Shown one piece after another: positions 5,855 through 10,192 of a DNA stretch of 10,192 nucleotides (positions within the stretch are counted from its first letter, which is position 1; each line of letters begins with the position of its first letter). The DNA comes from a virus. Location of the stretch: UHGV virus genome UHGV-0119409; one strand, written 5' to 3'. The position numbers and the translations under genes are program-made. Under the pieces are notes generated by a model, which was not told the DNA's origin, made no database searches, and saw only the letters and a program-made list of their open reading frames with translations.

Positions 5855-6877
5855 ATGTCTATCAATGCACTTAAGGCAGCGGCTACCGGTAACCAAGTTG
5901 CACATCATAATGAGAAACCAACAACTCTGGCCGGACTTCTGGCAGACCCAAAAATTAAAGCTCAGATGGCTTTGGCACTTCCAAAGCACATGACAGCAGA
6001 CCGTCTGGCGCGCATAGCAACCACAGAGATCCGAAAGGTTCCAAAACTTGCATCATGCGACCAAGCCAGCTTCCTGGGGGCAATTATGCAATGTGCCCAA
6101 TTGGGTCTTGAACCAGGAGGAGCTCTTGGACACGCTTACCTGATACCGTTCGACAAACGCCAGAAAGTAAATGGAAGATGGGAAACCGTATCTACAGAAG
6201 CACAGCTGATTATCGGCTATCGCGGAATGATTGACCTTGCCCGCCGCTCTGGGCAGATCCTGAGTATCTCGGCTCGTACCGTACATACAAACGACAAATT
6301 CAGCTACTCATACGGCCTGGAAGAAACGCTCGAGCATTTACCTTGCGAAACAGGTGACCGCGGAGAATTAACGCACGTTTACGCCGTTGCACGACTGAAA
6401 GATGGCGGAGTCCAATTTGAAGTTATGAGCCGGGCAGACATTGAGAAAGTTCGTGCACTGAGCAAAGCCGGTAGCAGTGGCCCATGGGTTGATCACTTCG
6501 ATGAGATGGCTAAAAAAACAGTAATTCGCCGACTATTCAAATATCTTCCTGTTTCTATTGAAATGCAGAAGGCTGTTGTTATGGATGAGCGCGCTGAAGC
6601 TGGACTTAGCCAAGATAACGCAGCTGTTATCACTGGTGAATATTCCGTAGTTGACGATGAGCGTCAACACCTGTCGCCAATTTCAGATTCAGAACGAGAA
6701 GAAGCTCGAGAATATATCATCGCGATACTTAATAGCCTGGATCCATCTGCTGAAGATGCAAAAACGATGTTCAAGCGCGCTGAAAATGAGATTAACACCA
6801 TGGCTGAAAAGCTCGGTGATGAATATCACCAAAAATTCATGATGACGCTTAACGATATGCGTCCAGAATTCGAGTAA
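5855..6877 (+). CDS. recT: RecT-family single-strand annealing recombinase (340 aa)
   Basis: AAGGAG 6 nt upstream of ATG at 5855. Sequence character (...GHAYLIPF..., ...IIGYRGMIDLARRSG...) and pairing with a YqaJ-type exonuclease match RecT/Redbeta-type SSAPs as I recall them. Confidence 0.8.
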   Translation: MSINALKAAATGNQVAHHNEKPTTLAGLLADPKIKAQMALALPKHMTADRLARIATTEIRKVPKLASCDQASFLGAIMQCAQLGLEPGGALGHAYLIPFDKRQKVNGRWETVSTEAQLIIGYRGMIDLARRSGQILSISARTVHTNDKFSYSYGLEETLEHLPCETGDRGELTHVYAVARLKDGGVQFEVMSRADIEKVRALSKAGSSGPWVDHFDEMAKKTVIRRLFKYLPVSIEMQKAVVMDERAEAGLSQDNAAVITGEYSVVDDERQHLSPISDSEREEAREYIIAILNSLDPSAEDAKTMFKRAENEINTMAEKLGDEYHQKFMMTLNDMRPEFE

Positions 6878-6926
6878 CCACCACCGCGGTGCCACACGCG
6901 CCGCACTGCAACCAAGAGAGGTATTT

Positions 6927-7175
6927 ATGAAAGGTGCATTAGGTAAGAAGGAACTCCTGGCGGTGGTGCCACTGTCATGGAGCACTATAGACCGTATGGA
7001 GCGCGCAGGGGAATTTCCTAAACGCTGGTATATCACTGACAAACGCTGCGCATGGAACCGTGACGAAGTTGAGCGTTGGCTTGATGAACGTCAGGCAGCA
7101 AGCCCGGCAGAGTTCCAGGGTAAAAAACCTCCTGTTCAGCAACGTGTATATCGTCCCGTGAGCAACGCTGCATGA
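6927..7175 (+). CDS. AlpA-family HTH protein, probable excisionase / recombination directionality factor (82 aa)
   Basis: AGAGAGG upstream of ATG at 6927. Motif ...LSWSTIDRMERAGEFPKRWYI...RCAWNRDEVERWLDER... fits AlpA/Vis-type small MerR-like excisionases that partner P4-type integrases. Confidence 0.7.
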   Translation: MKGALGKKELLAVVPLSWSTIDRMERAGEFPKRWYITDKRCAWNRDEVERWLDERQAASPAEFQGKKPPVQQRVYRPVSNAA

Positions 7176-7284
7176 GTGCGCTGCTAAGGCACTGGATCAA
7201 ATGGTCAGGATGGTACTTATTCCTGGCCTCTGTTTCAGCATGGCTTTATCTGCTGGCATTAATTTTCAGAGAGGGTTGGATTAA

Positions 7285-7584
7285 GTGAGAAAGTTAAGCC
7301 GACTTGAAAAATATCACATGAATAAGGTTTCAATGCGCAGTCCGTCAAAGATTGTCGCCGTTACTCCTGCGGCGATAGAGATCGAAAAACGCGCGATTGA
7401 AAGAGAGAAAAAAGGGCAGTTCCGCATTGCCGCTCACCTTTGGCTTCAGTGTATGGATGTTGCTTCTGGTGATGTTGAGCGTGCAAGGATCGCGGTTCGC
7501 AGGGACCAATGTATCACAAAAGGTAACGGCCTTCGCCGTGGAGACTATAGCGGTATAGGATGTTGCGGGGTGGTTTATGACTAA
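7285..7584 (+). CDS. Small ANR-like protein, possible regulator (99 aa from GTG at 7285; ATG alternatives at 7318 and 7333)
   Basis: Pattern ...KRAIEREKKGQFRIAAHLWLQCMDVASGDVERARIAVRRDQC... resembles the small ANR (Aar-like) family. Stop overlaps the methyltransferase start. Start codon uncertain. Confidence 0.45.
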   Translation: MRKLSRLEKYHMNKVSMRSPSKIVAVTPAAIEIEKRAIEREKKGQFRIAAHLWLQCMDVASGDVERARIAVRRDQCITKGNGLRRGDYSGIGCCGVVYD

Positions 7585-8227
7585 GAAATACACACTAATC
7601 TATGCAGATCCACCCTGGGTATACCGGGACAAAGCCGCAGATGGTAATCGCGGTGCCGGTTTTAAATATCCGGTTATGAGTGTGCTGGATATCTGCCGCC
7701 TTCCTGTGTGGGATTTGGCCGATGAAAACTGTCTGTTGGCCATGTGGTGGGTGCCAACACAACCACTCGAAGCACTAAAAGTTGTTGAAGCCTGGGGATT
7801 CCGTCTGATGACGATGAAGGGCTTCACGTGGATAAAATGTGGTAGTCGACAACCAGATAAACTGGTTATGGGTATGGGACACATGACTCGCGCCAATAGT
7901 GAAGATTGCCTGTTTGCAGTAAAGGGAAAACTACCTCCACGCATTAATGCAGGGATCGTTCAGTCATTTACCGCACCGCGGCTTGAGCATTCAAGAAAAC
8001 CAGATGTCGTTCGTGAAAAACTTGTGCAATTGTTAGGCGATGTTTCTCGCATTGAACTGTTCGCCCGCCAGACGTCTCATGGCTTCGATGTTTGGGGTAA
8101 TCAGTGCGAAGACCCGGCAGTGCAACTACACCCTGGATACGCGTTGGATATTGGCGGATTAACAAATGCATTCAGCAATGCTCCGGTGTCACCAATAGAC
8201 AACCAGGGGCGGGAGCGTGCAGCATGA
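7577..8227 (+). CDS. MT-A70-family DNA N6-adenine methyltransferase, orphan (216 aa)
   Basis: N-terminal ...[10 protein letters not shown]... with the DPPW catalytic motif, and overall size typical of phage MT-A70-like methylases. No adjacent restriction endonuclease candidate. Confidence 0.75.
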   Translation: MTKKYTLIYADPPWVYRDKAADGNRGAGFKYPVMSVLDICRLPVWDLADENCLLAMWWVPTQPLEALKVVEAWGFRLMTMKGFTWIKCGSRQPDKLVMGMGHMTRANSEDCLFAVKGKLPPRINAGIVQSFTAPRLEHSRKPDVVREKLVQLLGDVSRIELFARQTSHGFDVWGNQCEDPAVQLHPGYALDIGGLTNAFSNAPVSPIDNQGRERAA

Positions 8228-8883
8228 ACCTATATCAACGCATCAATGGCGCTGACTGGTGCAATATCTTCGTCGTCGGCGATCTGCATGGGTGCTACAC
8301 GCTGCTGATGAACGAACTCGACAAAGTTTCATTCGACCCGGCGCGCGATTTACTTATTTCCGTTGGTGACCTTGTTGACCGCGGCGCTGAAAACGTCGAA
8401 TGCCTGGATTTGATTACTATGCCGTGGTTCCGAGCTGTTCGTGGCAACCATGAGCAGATGATGCTGGATGCACTGGTCAACGGCGGAAGTTTCGGACATT
8501 GGATGTCAAACGGCGGTGGATGGTGGCACCAACTTGATTCTGAGCAGGATGTGCAACTCAAATACCTTCTGCCAAAGATTACCAACCTCCCGATGATTAT
8601 CGAACTGGTTACCGGCAATAAGAAGGTCGTCATCTGTCACGCAGACTACCCGCACAACGAATACGCATTCGATAAGCCAGTACCAGAAGAAATGGTGATA
8701 TGGAATCGTGAGCGGGTTAGCGACGCGCAGGACGGTATTGTCTCGGAGATAACCGGTGCCGATTTGTTCATCTTCGGTCATACGCCAGCACATCACCCAC
8801 TGGTGTATGCAAACCAGATGTACATCGACACCGGCGCAGTGTTCTGCGGAAATCTGACGCTTACCAAAGTCCAGGAAGGATAG
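8224..8883 (+). CDS. Ser/Thr protein phosphatase, lambda-PPase / PrpA-like metallophosphoesterase (219 aa)
   Basis: Motifs GDLHG, GDLVDRG and GNHE in canonical order. ATG at 8224 overlaps the methyltransferase stop (ATGA). The track ORF 8104-8883 includes an in-frame non-coding extension. Confidence 0.85.
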   Translation: MNLYQRINGADWCNIFVVGDLHGCYTLLMNELDKVSFDPARDLLISVGDLVDRGAENVECLDLITMPWFRAVRGNHEQMMLDALVNGGSFGHWMSNGGGWWHQLDSEQDVQLKYLLPKITNLPMIIELVTGNKKVVICHADYPHNEYAFDKPVPEEMVIWNRERVSDAQDGIVSEITGADLFIFGHTPAHHPLVYANQMYIDTGAVFCGNLTLTKVQEG

Positions 8884-8885
8884 AA

Positions 8886-10142
8886 TTATTTATTACTGTC
8901 TTCCATCCACCTCTCAAACTTCGACGGGGAGAACGGAATCAGATCCGTATGCTCCCCGTTAATCCAGGAATCAATCATATCGGCCCACTGCTGCAACATG
9001 TAGGCGCGCTGTCTGGCGTATTCCGCTTTGTTATATACGGCGCGCACACCTTTCTGCTCATGTGCCAGAGCCTTTTCAATCCAGTCTGAAGGATAACCAG
9101 CCTCATGCAACAACGTACTTGCTGTACGGCGCATATCGTGTACAGTGAAGTCCTGAATATGCTCACCATCTTCATTTATTATTTTCACCGTTCTGTCGAT
9201 CAGAGAGTTCAGCGCGGCATTAGATAATGGCTTCCGGAAATTGTAACGACCAGGAACCAGATATTCACTTCCACCAGCGCACATCTGCAACCCGACCAAT
9301 ATATCCTGTGCCTGTTTAGGCAGGTAAATAACGTGCGCCCGGCTTCCTTTCATGCGGTCTGAAGGAATTGTCCATGTCCATTTTTTAAAATCTATTTCAT
9401 CCCACGTTGCATTGGTGAATTCGCCTTTACGAACCATAGTGATAAGCACCAACTTTAAAGCCATTTTCATAGTGCCCATAGCACCAATGGCATCCAGCGT
9501 GCGGAAGAACAGGCCAATTTCTTCTGGTGTCAGTGTTCGCTCTCTTGGTTTAAATATGGCGATAGACGAAGGTTTAATGTCAGCCGCAGGATTAAACAAA
9601 CCATGACCACGGTCATTGGCGTGACGGTATACGCTGCTGATGATCTCCCTGGCCTGTACTGCTGTTGCCCGACCACCGCGTTCGACAATCCGGTCACACA
9701 AATCACGAACCATCGATGTGGTAATTTCAGCCATCATTTTGTTGCCAAGAACCGGAAGTATGTCACGGTCGATCACCGCCTGCTTCATTGCGCGGGTACT
9801 GTCAGCCAGGATGACGTGTTTCATATAACTGTCGGTATGTACCGCAAACGTCTCGGCACCACGAATCTTTTTGATACCGTCACGTTTAGCCGCAGCCGGC
9901 GACTGGCCTGCTTTAAGCAGCTTCTTTGCAGCAATCAGTTCTTCCCGCGCTTCTGCCAGGCTGATACCGTCACGCCCATACTGCCCGATTACCAGTGTTT
10001 CGCGGCGACCGTTGATACGGTAGTCATAGCGAAACGAGACCGTACCTGACGTAAGCACAGCTACATACAGCCCGTCACGATCGGAGACTTTGTATAGTTT
10101 GTCCTGCGGCTTGAGGTTTTTTAATTTTGTATCGGTAAGCAC
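8886..10142 (-). CDS. int: Tyrosine recombinase, P4-type phage integrase (418 aa)
   Basis: N-terminal ...LTDTKLKNLKPQDKLYKVSDRDGLYVAV... (P4-int arm-binding type). C-terminal catalytic signature ...HDMRRTASTLL...LAH...VYNKAEY (R, H-x-x-R, Y). Confidence 0.9.
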   Translation of the reverse strand: MLTDTKLKNLKPQDKLYKVSDRDGLYVAVLTSGTVSFRYDYRINGRRETLVIGQYGRDGISLAEAREELIAAKKLLKAGQSPAAAKRDGIKKIRGAETFAVHTDSYMKHVILADSTRAMKQAVIDRDILPVLGNKMMAEITTSMVRDLCDRIVERGGRATAVQAREIISSVYRHANDRGHGLFNPAADIKPSSIAIFKPRERTLTPEEIGLFFRTLDAIGAMGTMKMALKLVLITMVRKGEFTNATWDEIDFKKWTWTIPSDRMKGSRAHVIYLPKQAQDILVGLQMCAGGSEYLVPGRYNFRKPLSNAALNSLIDRTVKIINEDGEHIQDFTVHDMRRTASTLLHEAGYPSDWIEKALAHEQKGVRAVYNKAEYARQRAYMLQQWADMIDSWINGEHTDLIPFSPSKFERWMEDSNK

Positions 10143-10192
10143 AATTCACCCGTATAGAAACCATTTTCATGACGGTATGAGAGTATACCTTT

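Larger units (their letters stand above)
1..10192. mobile_element. Partial lambdoid prophage: immunity, replication, recombination, cargo and integration modules
   Basis: Co-occurrence of integrase, excisionase-like, exo/RecT, divergent repressor/cro, and O/P-like replication genes in a lambdoid-like order with tight gene packing. Neither prophage end is visible in the window. Confidence 0.85.

Noticed and set aside
6878-6926. GC-rich segment between recT and the excisionase-like gene as a terminator
   Set aside because: No convincing stem followed by a T-run. More likely just the intergenic RBS region.
4871-7042. ORFs 4871-5200 (-), 5422-5730 (-), 5792-5989 (-), 6053-6286 (-), 6651-6842 (+), 6689-7042 (-)
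   Set aside because: These overlap the exonuclease and RecT genes, which have clear family signatures and RBSs. Treated as shadow ORFs.
7345-8171. ORFs 7345-7593 (-), 7600-7944 (-), 7968-8171 (-)
   Set aside because: Antisense to the ANR-like and methyltransferase genes, with no motifs and against operon orientation.
8104-8223. N-terminal extension of the phosphatase ORF (track start 8104)
   Set aside because: The extension lies inside the methyltransferase gene in another frame. The ATG at 8224 gives the canonical phosphatase N-terminus and an ATGA overlap with the upstream stop.
8295-10049. ORFs 8295-8633 (-), 8506-8796 (-), 8975-9175 (-), 9352-9606 (+), 9603-10049 (+), 9640-9828 (+)
   Set aside because: These overlap the phosphatase or integrase genes, which carry unambiguous catalytic motifs.
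1-10192. CRISPR arrays, tRNA/rRNA genes, IS elements
   Set aside because: No regularly spaced direct repeats with unique spacers, no cloverleaf-like tRNA candidates, and no terminal inverted repeats flanking a transposase-like ORF were seen by eye.

Overview
This window reads as the early region of a lambdoid (Rac/Gifsy-like) enterobacterial prophage, ending at its integrase; all protein-family calls below come from reading motifs by eye, since no database search could be run. Layout: a leftward (minus-strand) operon from a divergent immunity region at 3603-3756 carrying a Cro-like regulator, a small Cys/His protein, an O-like replication initiator with an internal ori-like iteron cluster, a lambda-P-like helicase loader, then a DUF1064-like protein and two unknown proteins; and a rightward operon carrying a repressor without a recognisable autocleavage domain, a terminator, a pL-like promoter, a 50-aa Trp-rich ORF, a 99-aa unknown, a YqaJ-like exonuclease, RecT, an AlpA-type excisionase candidate, and an ANR-like/MT-A70 methyltransferase/Ser-Thr phosphatase cargo module. 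A P4-type tyrosine integrase lies convergent at the right end. The most striking sequence-level signal is a 15-bp palindrome TTACC-N5-GGTAA present in five perfect copies (plus three degenerate copies), all in intergenic promoter regions, defining a putative repressor regulon that includes an unexpected third operator-flanked promoter downstream of the P gene. No CRISPR array, tRNA or rRNA was seen. The att site is probably just beyond the right edge.
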